A DNA stretch of 64,000 nucleotides. Source: Thiobacillus denitrificans. Lineage in GTDB: Bacteria; Pseudomonadota; Gammaproteobacteria; Burkholderiales; Thiobacillaceae. Shown here piece by piece: positions 18,016 to 30,366 of the stretch (the first letter of the stretch is position 1; each line of letters opens with the position of its first letter). Below the pieces are notes generated by a model, which did not search any database, had not been told where the DNA came from, and was given only the letters and a program-made list of their open reading frames with translations. The stretch covers positions 142,401 through 206,400 of the forward strand of contig DHHQ01000027.1 of assembly GCA_002403375.1 (NCBI GenBank). Reading direction: 5' to 3'. A program made the translations under genes and the position numbers.

Positions 18016-19098
18016 ATGAAGGCCTCGCTCGCCGACAAGCTCGCTCGCGCCGACGAGCGGCTGCAGGAGATCGACGCATTGCTCGCGCAGCCCGAGATCG
18101 CGGGCGACATGGACAGCTTCCGCAGGCTCTCCCGCGAGCGCGCCGATCTCGATCCGGTCGTCGCGCTGTACCGCCAGTACAGGCAGGTCGAAGCCGACCA
18201 GAAGGCTGCGGGCGAGATGCTCGCCGACCCCGAACTGCGCGAACTCGCCGAGGCCGAGCTCGCCGACGGCGAGGCGAAGGTCGCCAGGCTCGAAACGGCG
18301 CTGCAGGCGGCGCTCCTGCCGCGTGACCCCAACGACGAGCGCAACATCTTCCTCGAGATCCGCGCCGGCACCGGCGGCGACGAGTCCGCGCTGTTCGCCG
18401 GCAGCCTGCTGCGCATGTACACGCGCTACGCCGAGCGCTGCGGCTGGAAAGTCGAGATCGTGTCGGAAAATCCCGGCGAGGTCGGCGGCTACAAGGAAGT
18501 CATCGTGCGCATCGTCGGCCACGGCGCCTACTCGCGGCTGAAGTTCGAGTCCGGCGGCCACCGCGTGCAACGGGTGCCCGAAACCGAGTCGCAGGGGCGC
18601 ATCCACACCTCCGCCTGCACCGTCGCGGTGATGCCGGAAGCCGACGAGGTCGGCGAGGTCGAGATCAATCCGGCCGACCTCCGGATCGACACCTTCCGCG
18701 CATCGGGTGCCGGCGGCCAGCACATCAACAAGACCGACTCCGCGGTGCGCATCACCCACCTGCCGACCGGCCTCGTGGTCGAGTGCCAGGACGACCGCTC
18801 GCAGCACCGCAACCGCGCGCAGGCACTCGCCGTGCTGGCGGCGCGCCTGAAGGACCGCGAGCTGCATCAGCAGCAGGCGGCCGAGGCGAGCACGCGCAAG
18901 AGCCTCATCGGCACCGGCGACCGCTCCGACCGCATCCGTACCTACAACTTCCCGCAGGGCCGCGTCACCGACCACCGCATCAACCTCACGCTCCACAAGA
19001 TCGACGCGATGATGGACGGCGACCTGACCGAGCTCGTCGACGCGCTGTCGGCCGAGCACCAGGCCGAACAGCTGGCCGCGCTGTCCGGGGAAGCGTGA
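18016..19098 (+). CDS. prfA: Peptide chain release factor 1
   Basis: GGQ motif ([15 protein letters not shown]), RVPETE (PxT). Confidence 0.97.
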   Translation: MKASLADKLARADERLQEIDALLAQPEIAGDMDSFRRLSRERADLDPVVALYRQYRQVEADQKAAGEMLADPELRELAEAELADGEAKVARLETALQAALLPRDPNDERNIFLEIRAGTGGDESALFAGSLLRMYTRYAERCGWKVEIVSENPGEVGGYKEVIVRIVGHGAYSRLKFESGGHRVQRVPETESQGRIHTSACTVAVMPEADEVGEVEINPADLRIDTFRASGAGGQHINKTDSAVRITHLPTGLVVECQDDRSQHRNRAQALAVLAARLKDRELHQQQAAEASTRKSLIGTGDRSDRIRTYNFPQGRVTDHRINLTLHKIDAMMDGDLTELVDALSAEHQAEQLAALSGEA

Positions 19099-19099
19099 G

Positions 19100-19996
19100 G
19101 TGAGCGGCGCGGCGGCGACCGTCGCCGGGCTGCTGCACGACGCGACCGCGCGGCTGTCCGACGCGCTCGGCCTCGAGCGACGCGAGGCCCGCATCGAGGC
19201 GCGCGCGCTGGCGGTGCATGCCTGGGGGGTCGAAACCGCCTGGCTGATCGCGCACGACACCGATCGTCCCTCCCCCGCCCAGGCCGCCACCTTCCACGCC
19301 CTGCTCGAGCAACGGCTCGCCGGCCGGCCCGTCGCCTACCTCACCGGGATACGTGAATTCTACGGGCGCGCCTTCGCGGTCGGCCCGGATGTCCTGATTC
19401 CGCGTCCCGAGACCGAACTGCTGGTCGACGAGGCACTCGGCCACCTGCCCCCCGGCCGCCCGCTGCGCGTCCTCGACCTCGGCACCGGAAGCGGCTGCGT
19501 GGCCGTCACCCTCGCGCTCGAGCGCCCGCAGGCGATCGTCACCGCTGTCGACCGTTCGCCGGCGGCCCTGGCGCTCGCCCGGCGCAACGCGGACGCGCTG
19601 CGCGCGCCCGTGCGCTTCCTGCTCAGCGACTGGTTCGACGCGGTCGCCGGGGAGCGCTTCGACCTCATCGTCGGCAACCCCCCCTACATCGCCGCCGCCG
19701 ATCCCCACCTCGGCCGCGGCGACGTGCGCTTCGAACCGCTCGCCGCCCTGGCATCCGGAGACGACGGCTTCGCCGATCTGCGGCGGATCATCCGCGACGC
19801 CCCCGCCCATCTCGCGGCGGGCGGCTGGCTCTGGCTCGAGCACGGGTTCGAGCAGGCCGACGGCGCCCGGCGCCTGCTCCAGGAGGCCGGGTTTCATGAG
19901 GTGGACACGCGAGCCGACGCGGCCGGGCTGCCGCGCATCAGCGGCGGCCGGGTGTCGGAAAATTTTACAGACGGCCGACCCTGTCCTAAGCTGTGA
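19100..19996 (+). CDS. prmC: Release factor glutamine methyltransferase
   Basis: LIPRPETE, LDLGTGSG, NPPY. Confidence 0.95.
   Translation: MSGAAATVAGLLHDATARLSDALGLERREARIEARALAVHAWGVETAWLIAHDTDRPSPAQAATFHALLEQRLAGRPVAYLTGIREFYGRAFAVGPDVLIPRPETELLVDEALGHLPPGRPLRVLDLGTGSGCVAVTLALERPQAIVTAVDRSPAALALARRNADALRAPVRFLLSDWFDAVAGERFDLIVGNPPYIAAADPHLGRGDVRFEPLAALASGDDGFADLRRIIRDAPAHLAAGGWLWLEHGFEQADGARRLLQEAGFHEVDTRADAAGLPRISGGRVSENFTDGRPCPKL
19953..19969 (+). promoter_or_regulatory. TGT-N11-ACA enhancer-type site
   Basis: TGTCGGAAAATTTTACA, about 75 bp upstream of a sigma54 motif. Confidence 0.6.
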
Positions 19997-20044
19997 GCAA
20001 AGGAGGCCGCTGTATGCGGCCCGTAGCGGCACTTTCGCAGCCAC

Positions 20045-20060
20045 TGGCGCAAATCTTGCT
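20045..20060 (+). promoter_or_regulatory. Sigma54 (-24/-12) promoter
   Basis: TGGCGC-AAATC-TTGCT against consensus TGGCAC-N5-TTGCW. Confidence 0.75.
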
Positions 20061-20099
20061 GCGTCGCCAGCGAGCGAATCTCACCCAAGAAGGCCAGTC

Positions 20100-20753
20100 A
20101 TGCCCACACATCCGGACAATGAGATCCCCAAGCACGACCCGCAAGGCGTCGATCTTTCGCGCCGCAAGCTCGGAATGGGCCTGGGCGTGTCGGCAGTCTT
20201 TACACTGGCGAGCCGCCCCGTGCTCGCCGCCGAGTGCCTGGCCGCCTCGTCCGCGGCGTCCGGCAACCTGAGCACGCACGGCGCGGTGCCGCAGTGCACC
20301 GGCCTCACGCCCGCCCAGTGGGTCGCGCTCGCGCAGAACACCCGGCCGAACGCTCCCGACAGTCCCACCCAGAACGGTTTCCCGGGCGGAAACGTGAAAT
20401 TCCACGACGCCTTCGCCAGCGGGGGAAGCGCCAACTGGGGCCAGACCCGCCTCTACGGGGTCATGGCCGACGGCACCGGCGCCAGCTCCGGCCGCGGCGG
20501 TTTCCTCGGCTCGCCCGACAACGAGCAGGCGGCGACGGTCCCCGCAAGCGGGCCGAACCCCGTCTCCATGGAGTTCGCCGCCACGCTCCTGAACATCCGC
20601 GACGGGCGCGTTCCCGACGCAGTATTGAGCGAAACCCGCCTGCTGCAGATGTGGAACGAGTGGCTGATCTCGGGCACCTACGCGCCGATGGCCGGCGCGA
20701 CCTGGGGCACCGACCAGATCGTCGCCTATCTGCGCACCCTCCAGGGCGTCTGA
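20100..20753 (+). CDS. Putative Tat-exported protein
   Basis: SRRKLG twin-arginine motif, hydrophobic stretch, VLA-A cleavage site; two Cys. Confidence 0.75.
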   Translation: MPTHPDNEIPKHDPQGVDLSRRKLGMGLGVSAVFTLASRPVLAAECLAASSAASGNLSTHGAVPQCTGLTPAQWVALAQNTRPNAPDSPTQNGFPGGNVKFHDAFASGGSANWGQTRLYGVMADGTGASSGRGGFLGSPDNEQAATVPASGPNPVSMEFAATLLNIRDGRVPDAVLSETRLLQMWNEWLISGTYAPMAGATWGTDQIVAYLRTLQGV

Positions 20754-20759
20754 CCGGGT

Positions 20760-21011
20760 GTGCGCTTCCAGCTGAAAGAGTACGCATCCGAAGCGGTCGC
20801 CTACGACACGGAATCCGGCGACACGCACTATCTCGCGCCGCTCGCCTTCTCGCTGTACCAGCTTTTCCGCGAGCACCCCGGATTGCCGCGCAAAGCCGCC
20901 GGGCAGTTGCTGGCTCGGCGCCATGGCATCGAGCCCGACCCGTCGCTCGACGCCGAGATCGACGAAACGCTCGAGGGGCTGGTGCGCATCGGCCTGATCC
21001 ATCTCGAATGA
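20760..21011 (+). CDS. PqqD-like (RRE-type) small protein of the HprK-related kinase A system
   Basis: 83 aa, AVAYDTESGDTHYL...TLEGLVRIGLI pattern; ATGA overlap with the kinase gene. Confidence 0.7.
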   Translation: MRFQLKEYASEAVAYDTESGDTHYLAPLAFSLYQLFREHPGLPRKAAGQLLARRHGIEPDPSLDAEIDETLEGLVRIGLIHLE

Positions 21012-21934
21012 AGCTGCTGCAACTCCCGCACGCCGAGCTGCGCGAACGCCTGCGCGACACCGGCATCTGGCTCCGCACCGGCCCGTTCTCGCTGCAGATC
21101 CGCTCGCGCGTGCCGAGCGTGGCCGAGGGCCTGGCCGAGCTTTACGGACAGTTCGAGGTCCGCCATCCGCGCGAGACCTTCGCCGACTTCCACGTGGAAG
21201 TGAATGCGCCCGGTGCCCTGCGGCGCTGGCTGCGGCCGCAGGTCGACTTTTCCTTCGACGGGCAGCTGCCGTTCAAGCCCCTGCCCTACGGCCAGGCCTA
21301 CCCGATGCTCGAATGGGGCCTCAACTGGTGCGTGTCGATGCACGCGCACCACTACCTCGTGATCCACGCGGCGGTGGTGGAAAAGAACGGCGGCGCGGCG
21401 ATCCTGCCGGCGCCGCCCGGATCGGGCAAGAGCACGCTGACCGCCGGCCTGGTGCTGTCGGGGTGGCGCCTGCTGTCGGACGAACTCGCGCTGGTCGACC
21501 GCAGGAGCGGCATGATCCATCCGCTACCGCGCCCAGTGAGCCTGAAGAACGCGTCGATCCCGCTGATCCGGGCGTTCAGCCCCGAGGCCTTCATCAACCG
21601 CCCGTCGCACGACACCGCCAAGGGCACCGTCGCCCACATGCGTCCGCCCAAGGAGAGTGTGCGCCGCCAGCACGAACCCGCGCGGCCCGCCTGGGTGATC
21701 TTCCCGCGCTGGATCGCGGGTGCCACCACCGCGCTGACGCCCCGCTCGCCCGCCCAGACCTTCATGTTCCTGGCGCAGAACGCGTTCAACTACAGCCACC
21801 TCGGCGCCGACGGCTTCCGCACCGGCACCCGCCTCATCGACGAGGTGGCGTGCTACGACTTCGCCTACAGCCGCCTCGACGAGGCCGTGCGGACGTTCGA
21901 CCGCCTCGCCGACGCGCACGCCGGAGCCGACTGA
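21008..21934 (+). CDS. HprK-related kinase A
   Basis: IHAAVV, Walker A PAPPGSGKSTL, LLSDE. Confidence 0.8.
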   Translation: MKLLQLPHAELRERLRDTGIWLRTGPFSLQIRSRVPSVAEGLAELYGQFEVRHPRETFADFHVEVNAPGALRRWLRPQVDFSFDGQLPFKPLPYGQAYPMLEWGLNWCVSMHAHHYLVIHAAVVEKNGGAAILPAPPGSGKSTLTAGLVLSGWRLLSDELALVDRRSGMIHPLPRPVSLKNASIPLIRAFSPEAFINRPSHDTAKGTVAHMRPPKESVRRQHEPARPAWVIFPRWIAGATTALTPRSPAQTFMFLAQNAFNYSHLGADGFRTGTRLIDEVACYDFAYSRLDEAVRTFDRLADAHAGAD

Positions 21935-21935
21935 G

Positions 21936-23036
21936 ATGCGCCCCGCCGACGACCTGCTGGTCCGCGCCCTGAGGGCCCCCGAAGGCGTCGCGACCCTTTC
22001 GCTCGCACAGTGGGATCGCCTGGTCAGGCAGGCGCGCCACGCCGGCCTGCTGGCGCGCCTGCACGGTCGCCTGGACGCACTCGGCCTCGTCGACGCGATC
22101 CCCGATCCGGCACGCTGGCACTTCGAGGCCGCGACGACGCTTGCGCACAAGCAGCAGGTCGCCGTGCGCTGGGAGGTCGGCCAGATCCGCGACGCCCTCG
22201 CCACGCTCGACGGCCCCATGGTCGTGATGAAGGGCGCGGCCTACGTGATCGCTGGACTCCCCGCCGCGCGCGGGCGGCTGTTCAACGACATCGACATCCT
22301 GGTGCCGCGCCGGCTGCTGAACCAGGCGGAAGCCGCGCTGATGCTGGCGGGCTGGCACGCGAGCGGGCTGTCCGCCTACGACGAGCGCTACTACCGACGC
22401 TGGATGCACGAGATTCCGCCGATGCGGCACCTGCGGCGCGCCACCGTGATCGACGTGCACCACGCCATCCTGCCGGACACCGCGCGCGATTTCCCCGACC
22501 CCGAGAAGCTGCTCGGCCGCATCGTTCCGGTCGCGGGGCTGCCGCGCGTATACGTGCTGTCCGCCGAGGACCGCATCCTGCATTCGGCCACGCACCTGTT
22601 CCACGACGGCGAGCTGCCGCACGGGCTGCGCGACCTCTCCGACCTCGACCTGCTGCTGCGCCACGAATCGGCTGCGGCCGGGTTCTGGCCACGGCTGGTC
22701 GCGCGCGCCGGCGAGCTGCAGCTCGGCCGCCCGCTCTTCTACGCACTGCGCTACGCGAGGCATTTCCTCGCCACCCCGGTGCCCGCCGAGGTATGGGACG
22801 CGCTGCGCCCGGCCGCGCCTTCTCCCCTGCTGCTGCGGGTGATGGACGGCATGTTCAGCCGCGCGCTGGCCCCCCTGCATGCGAGCTGCGACGACGCGCT
22901 GAGTCCACTCGCGCGCCAGGCGGCCTACGTCCGCGCCCACTGGCTCAGGATGCCCGCGCACCTGCTGCTGCCACACCTGTTCCACAAGGCCTTCGTCAGC
23001 CCCTGGCAGGACGCCGAATCGCCCAGGGCCGCTTGA
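21936..23036 (+). CDS. Nucleotidyltransferase family protein (NTP_transf_5-like)
   Basis: VMKGAAY and RLFNDIDILV (DxD) motifs. Confidence 0.78.
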   Translation: MRPADDLLVRALRAPEGVATLSLAQWDRLVRQARHAGLLARLHGRLDALGLVDAIPDPARWHFEAATTLAHKQQVAVRWEVGQIRDALATLDGPMVVMKGAAYVIAGLPAARGRLFNDIDILVPRRLLNQAEAALMLAGWHASGLSAYDERYYRRWMHEIPPMRHLRRATVIDVHHAILPDTARDFPDPEKLLGRIVPVAGLPRVYVLSAEDRILHSATHLFHDGELPHGLRDLSDLDLLLRHESAAAGFWPRLVARAGELQLGRPLFYALRYARHFLATPVPAEVWDALRPAAPSPLLLRVMDGMFSRALAPLHASCDDALSPLARQAAYVRAHWLRMPAHLLLPHLFHKAFVSPWQDAESPRAA

Positions 23037-23060
23037 CTCGGTTCCGGCCCTGCGTATAAT
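23033..23060 (+). promoter_or_regulatory. Sigma70 promoter for grxD
   Basis: TTGACT-N16-TATAAT. Confidence 0.7.
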
Positions 23061-23099
23061 TCCCGAGTATTCCACTCAAGTATTGTTCAGGAGCCCCGC

Positions 23100-23420
23100 A
23101 TGACCCCTCTCGATCGCATCCGTGACCAGGTCACCAACAACACCGTCGTGCTGTACATGAAAGGCACCCCGCAGTTTCCGCAGTGCGGCTTCTCGGCGCG
23201 CGCCGCCCAGGTCCTGCAGGCCTGCGGCGTGAAGGATTTCCTCGCGGTGAACGTGCTGATGGATCCGGAAATCTTCGAAAACCTGAAGTACTACGCCAAC
23301 TGGCCGACCTTTCCGCAGCTCTACGTCAAGGGCGAGCTGATCGGCGGGTCCGACATCATGCTCGAGATGTACCAGAAGGGCGAAATCCAGAAGCTGCTGG
23401 CCGAAGCGCAAGCCGCCTGA
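23100..23420 (+). CDS. grxD: Monothiol glutaredoxin
   Basis: PQCGFS, WPTFPQLY, IGGSDI. Confidence 0.96.
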   Translation: MTPLDRIRDQVTNNTVVLYMKGTPQFPQCGFSARAAQVLQACGVKDFLAVNVLMDPEIFENLKYYANWPTFPQLYVKGELIGGSDIMLEMYQKGEIQKLLAEAQAA

Positions 23421-23435
23421 GCCGGGCCAGCCCGC

Positions 23436-23465
23436 AAAAAAAGCCGACCCCGGGTCGGCTTTTTT
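23436..23465. terminator. Bidirectional Rho-independent terminator
   Basis: A7-GCCGACC-CCG-GGTCGGC-T6 between convergent grxD and ntrC. Confidence 0.85.
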
Positions 23466-23484
23466 GTTGCCTGGCGCGCAGCCC

Positions 23485-24903
<1,419 letters not shown>

Positions 24904-24908
24904 GGCGT

Positions 24909-26000
24909 TCAGGTGGGTAGCGGCAGGAAGATGGAAAAAACGGTGTGGCCGGGGCGGCTCTCGCAATCGATGGTGCCGTGGTTCTGCGCGACCAGCGTCT
25001 GCGCGACCGCGAGGCCGAGCCCGCTGCCCCCCTCGCGTCCCGACACCAGCGGATAGAAGATCTGCTCGCGGATCTCGTCGGGGATGCCGGGGCCGTTGTC
25101 GATGATCTCGATCCGCATGCCAAGACGGTAGCGGCGGCTCTCGAGCGTGATCTGGCGGGCCACCCGGGTGCGGAAGACGATCTCGCACGGTCCGTGCCCA
25201 TGCCCGTTGCCGTGCCCATGCCCGTGACCGTGCATTGCCTGCACGGCGTTGCGCGCGATGTTCAGCGTCGCCTGGATCAACTGCTCGGCGTCGGCGCGGA
25301 TCTCGGGCAGGCTGATGTCGTAGTCGCGACGCACGGTCACGCTCGGCGTCTCCGCCAGGATCAGGCTGCGGACGCGCTCCAGGACTTCGTGGATATTGAC
25401 CGCACCATAATGGGGCATGCGGTGCGGCGTCAGCAGACGCTCCATCAGCGACTGCAGACGGTCCGATTCCTTGATGATGACCTGGGTGTATTCGCGCAGG
25501 CTCTCACGCGGCAGTTCGTGCTCGAGCAGCTGCGCCGCGCCGCGGATGCCGCCGAGCGGATTCTTGATCTCATGGGCGAGATTGCGCAGCAGCTCGCGGT
25601 TCGCCTCCTGCTGCATGCGCGCCTGCTCGAGGCGGGCGATGCGCATGTGGGGATCGACCGCCCGCATCTCGAGCAGCACGGCGTGCGGCGGGTTCTCCAG
25701 CGGGGACACGCTGCAGCCGACCCGGATGGGCGGATGTCCGCTCACCGTGACGTCGAGTTCGTACTCGATGACGGTTTCCTGCTCGGTGCGCGCGGTGCGG
25801 ATCGCAGCGAGCAGTTCGGGGCTGCGCTCGAAGACGTGGTCGGCATCCTCGCCGACCAGCAGGGCGCCTGACACCCCCAGCAAGGTCTCCGCCGCGGGGT
25901 TGACGTAGAGGATGCGGCCGTCGGCATCGAGCAGCACGGTGCTGGTCGATAGGCAATCAAGTCCGGAAAACGTGCTCGGGGAAGACGTCATGAGGGGCAT
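24909..26000 (-). CDS. ntrB: Nitrogen regulation sensor kinase NtrB
   Basis: PAS domain, LAHEIKNPLGGIRGAAQLL, DNGPGIP, GSGLGL. Confidence 0.95.
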   Translation of the reverse strand: MPLMTSSPSTFSGLDCLSTSTVLLDADGRILYVNPAAETLLGVSGALLVGEDADHVFERSPELLAAIRTARTEQETVIEYELDVTVSGHPPIRVGCSVSPLENPPHAVLLEMRAVDPHMRIARLEQARMQQEANRELLRNLAHEIKNPLGGIRGAAQLLEHELPRESLREYTQVIIKESDRLQSLMERLLTPHRMPHYGAVNIHEVLERVRSLILAETPSVTVRRDYDISLPEIRADAEQLIQATLNIARNAVQAMHGHGHGHGNGHGHGPCEIVFRTRVARQITLESRRYRLGMRIEIIDNGPGIPDEIREQIFYPLVSGREGGSGLGLAVAQTLVAQNHGTIDCESRPGHTVFSIFLPLPT

Positions 26001-26070
26001 GACACCATATAAGCACCGATTGTGCCAGCGCTCCCGTGCATTGCCCCCGGTGCCGGAAAGCGGGGAAAGG

Positions 26071-26547
26071 CTACTTCAGGTTGGCCAGTTCGCGCTGGAT
26101 CGAAACGACGTTCTGCTCGTGCCGCTGCACGGTTGCGCGCAGCGTCTCAACCCGGTTGCGATAGGTCGCGTCGGTCTCGCGCTCGCCGGGCTGCAGCCGC
26201 TCGCCGAGCGCGAGCTGGCGGCGCGCTTCTTCGGCGTTGCGCCGCTCGCTGGAGATTTCGTCCTGCAGGACCTGGCGCCGGATGTCGTCGCGACGCTTCT
26301 GCGTGCCCGCATCGATGCGCGGAAATTCGGCCGGGCTCGGCTGATACGACGCCTTGCTGGGGGACTTGCTTGCGCGCGCGGCCGGCAACGGGGCGGGCGC
26401 GCCCGGCAGCTCGATGCGCTTTCCTCCCTTGCGGTAGACATCGCTGAAGGTCACCTGCCCGTTCTCGTCGACGTACTTGTAGATCTCCGCCTGCACGGGC
26501 GCAGCCAGGATCAGGCACAGCAGGAAGGGGAAGCGGGCGATCTGCAT
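26071..26547 (-). CDS. Exported DUF4124-type protein
   Basis: Signal peptide then EIYKYVDENGQVTFSD; C-terminal coiled coil; lies between glnA and ntrB. Confidence 0.8.
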   Translation of the reverse strand: MQIARFPFLLCLILAAPVQAEIYKYVDENGQVTFSDVYRKGGKRIELPGAPAPLPAARASKSPSKASYQPSPAEFPRIDAGTQKRRDDIRRQVLQDEISSERRNAEEARRQLALGERLQPGERETDATYRNRVETLRATVQRHEQNVVSIQRELANLK

Positions 26548-26633
26548 GGGGAACGAGTGTAGCCTACCCCCTCATTTCGGACAAAAGCCGGGAATCTTGA
26601 CGCTCGCCGCGTCGCGCGCCGGGCCGGAAAAGA

Positions 26634-26659
26634 AAAAGGGCGGCCGAAGCCGCCCTTTT
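26634..26659 (-). terminator. Terminator after glnA
   Basis: AAAAGGGCGGC-CGAA-GCCGCCCTTTT. Confidence 0.85.
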
Positions 26660-26676
26660 CCGGGTGCGCGATCGCC

Positions 26677-28086
<1,410 letters not shown>

Positions 28087-28157
28087 GCTGAATCTCCTCA
28101 AACTGAAATGAATGAAACGACGACACCACGATGGCGCATCGCTATGCTCTGTAACTT

Positions 28158-28173
28158 AGCAGCAACCGTGCCA
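28158..28173 (-). promoter_or_regulatory. Sigma54 promoter of glnA
   Basis: Minus strand TGGCAC-GGTTG-CTGCT. Confidence 0.75.
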
Positions 28174-28235
28174 TGTAAGAAATCGGGGCAAATCATTGTG
28201 CCACAGGGCTGATGCGTCAGGATAGTGCACTTTTG

Positions 28236-28283
28236 CGCACCATGACGGCGCATGGCGGAGTCCAGATGCACCACAACGGTGCG
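28236..28283. promoter_or_regulatory. Pair of NtrC binding sites
   Basis: CGCACCATGACGGCGCA (28236-28252) and TGCACCACAACGGTGCG (28267-28283) against TGCACC-N5-GGTGCA, 31 bp apart. Confidence 0.75.
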
Positions 28284-28339
28284 CATTGCGCCGCCCCCCC
28301 GGTTTCATATACTGAATTGACATAATCGAGGGGGCCGCC

Positions 28340-28795
28340 ATGGGACGCATCACAGAGTTGCTCGACACCGCACACGGCCGCAGCCGGGACAATTCCTGGT
28401 CCTTCCCGGGCGGGCTGCTTCCGCACGAAGCGTACGAATTGCTGCAGATCGCACCCGGAGCACGCCTGATCGACGTTCGTTCGCGCGCGGAACTCGAACT
28501 CACCGGCACCATCCCCAACGCCGTGCACGTGGAATGGCAATCGTGGCCCGGCTGGGTACTCAATCCCCATTTCCTGACCCAGGTCGCCCACGCCACCGAT
28601 CCCGAATCGCTGCTCCTCTTCATCTGCCGCAACGGCCACTTCTCCCACAGCGCAGCCGCCGCCTGCACCGAGGCCGGTCGCGGCAGCTGCTACAGCGTGC
28701 TCGAAGGTTTCGAAGGCGACCTCAACAGGGCCACGGGTCATCGCAACGAAATCAACGGCTGGAAGGCGCGCGGCCTGCCCTGGACGCAGAGCTGA
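28340..28795 (+). CDS. Single-domain rhodanese-like protein
   Basis: LIDVRS, LFICRNG, VLEGFEG...NGWKARGLPW. Confidence 0.85.
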   Translation: MGRITELLDTAHGRSRDNSWSFPGGLLPHEAYELLQIAPGARLIDVRSRAELELTGTIPNAVHVEWQSWPGWVLNPHFLTQVAHATDPESLLLFICRNGHFSHSAAAACTEAGRGSCYSVLEGFEGDLNRATGHRNEINGWKARGLPWTQS

Positions 28796-28825
28796 GCGCG
28801 CCACGCGGCCGCGGCAACGGCTAGA

Positions 28826-29635
28826 ATGGCGGTCGCCATGACCGACCGCTACGCCGTATTCGGGCACCCGATTGCCCATTCCAAATCCCCGCTGATCCAC
28901 GCCGCCTTCGCCCGCCAGACCGCGCAGGACATGACGTACGAGGCGATCCTCGCGCCGCTCGACGGCTTCGCCGCCAGCGTCGCGGCGTTCGTCGCCGCCG
29001 GCGGGCGCGGCGCCAACGTCACCGTCCCGTTCAAGGAAGAAGCGTACCGGCTGGCCAGCCGCCTCACACCGCGGGCAGAGCACGCCGGTGCCGTGAACAC
29101 CCTGGTGTTCGGCAGCGACGGCATCCTCGGCGACAACACCGACGGCGCCGGCCTGGTCGCCGACCTCACCCGCAACCTGCAGCGGACCCTGAACGGCCGC
29201 CGCATCCTGCTGCTCGGCGCCGGCGGCGCGGCGCGCGGCGTCATCGAGCCCCTGCTCGACCAGCAGCCGGCCGCCCTCGTCATCGCCAACCGCACCGTGA
29301 GCCGGGCACAGGAACTCGCCGAACAATTCGGCCGCGGCGTCCGCGCGAGCGGCTTCGAGGCGCTCGACGGCGCCTTCGACCTCGTCATCAACGCCACCGC
29401 GGCAAGCCTCGCCGGCGAACTGCCCCCGCTGTCGCCGCGCATCTTCACCGCGGACACGCTGGCCTACGACATGATGTACGGTCGCGACACCCCCTTCCTC
29501 GCCTTCGCCCGCGCGCAGGGCGCGGCCACCGCCGACGGCCTCGGCATGCTGGTCGAACAGGCCGCCGAAGCGTTTCATCTATGGCGCGGCGTACGCCCCG
29601 ACACCGCCCCCGTCATCGCAAGCCTGCGCGCATGA
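28826..29635 (+). CDS. aroE: Shikimate dehydrogenase
   Basis: [40 protein letters not shown]. Confidence 0.96.
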   Translation: MAVAMTDRYAVFGHPIAHSKSPLIHAAFARQTAQDMTYEAILAPLDGFAASVAAFVAAGGRGANVTVPFKEEAYRLASRLTPRAEHAGAVNTLVFGSDGILGDNTDGAGLVADLTRNLQRTLNGRRILLLGAGGAARGVIEPLLDQQPAALVIANRTVSRAQELAEQFGRGVRASGFEALDGAFDLVINATAASLAGELPPLSPRIFTADTLAYDMMYGRDTPFLAFARAQGAATADGLGMLVEQAAEAFHLWRGVRPDTAPVIASLRA

Positions 29636-30333
29636 TGCGCAGCGTCCTGCGCGGGCTCGGCAAGGGCCTGGCCGCGGTCGTCGCCCTGGTGCTGCTGTAC
29701 CAGCTGTGGATCTTCGCCCACGTGCTGTGGTGGATCGATCACAACCCCACCTCCACCGCCTTCATGGAAGCGGGTCTCGCGCGCCAGCAGGAAAAGAACC
29801 CCGATGCCGAGTTGCGCCACAAGTGGGTGCCCTACGACCGCATCTCCATCCACCTCAAGCGCGCCGTCGTCGCCGCCGAGGACGCGCGCTTCATCGAGCA
29901 CGAGGGCTTCGACGTCGAGGGCATCCAGAAGGCCGTCGAAAAGAACCTGAAGAAGGGAAAACTCGTCGCCGGCGGCTCGACCATCAGCCAGCAGCTCGCC
30001 AAGAACCTGTTCCTCTCCGGCGAGCGCAGCTTCATCCGCAAGGGCCAGGAAGCGGTCATCACCCTGATGATCGAATCGACCTGGAGCAAGCGCCGCATCC
30101 TCGAGGTGTATCTGAACGTCATCGAGTGGGGCAACGGCATCTATGGCGCAGAGGCCGCCGCGCGCCGCTACTACAGGACCTCCGCCGCCAACCTCGACCG
30201 CGACCAGGCCGCCCGCATGGCGGCGATGATCCCCAACCCGCGCTGGTACGAGCACAACCGCGGCTCGCGCACCTACCAGCGCCGGGTTGCGGTCATCAAG
30301 CGCTACATGGGGAGTGCGCAGGTGCCGCGCTGA
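29632..30333 (+). CDS. mtgA: Monofunctional peptidoglycan transglycosylase
   Basis: [34 protein letters not shown]. Confidence 0.95.
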   Translation: MMRSVLRGLGKGLAAVVALVLLYQLWIFAHVLWWIDHNPTSTAFMEAGLARQQEKNPDAELRHKWVPYDRISIHLKRAVVAAEDARFIEHEGFDVEGIQKAVEKNLKKGKLVAGGSTISQQLAKNLFLSGERSFIRKGQEAVITLMIESTWSKRRILEVYLNVIEWGNGIYGAEAAARRYYRTSAANLDRDQAARMAAMIPNPRWYEHNRGSRTYQRRVAVIKRYMGSAQVPR

Positions 30334-30366
30334 GGCCGCGCGCTGTTTGCGCAGCCTGTCAGCCCG

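Noticed and set aside
26012-26027. Sigma54-like motif TGGCAC-N5-GTGCT upstream of ntrB
   Set aside because: The -12 element is imperfect and the predicted start would fall on the start codon; spacing also does not fit an NtrC box
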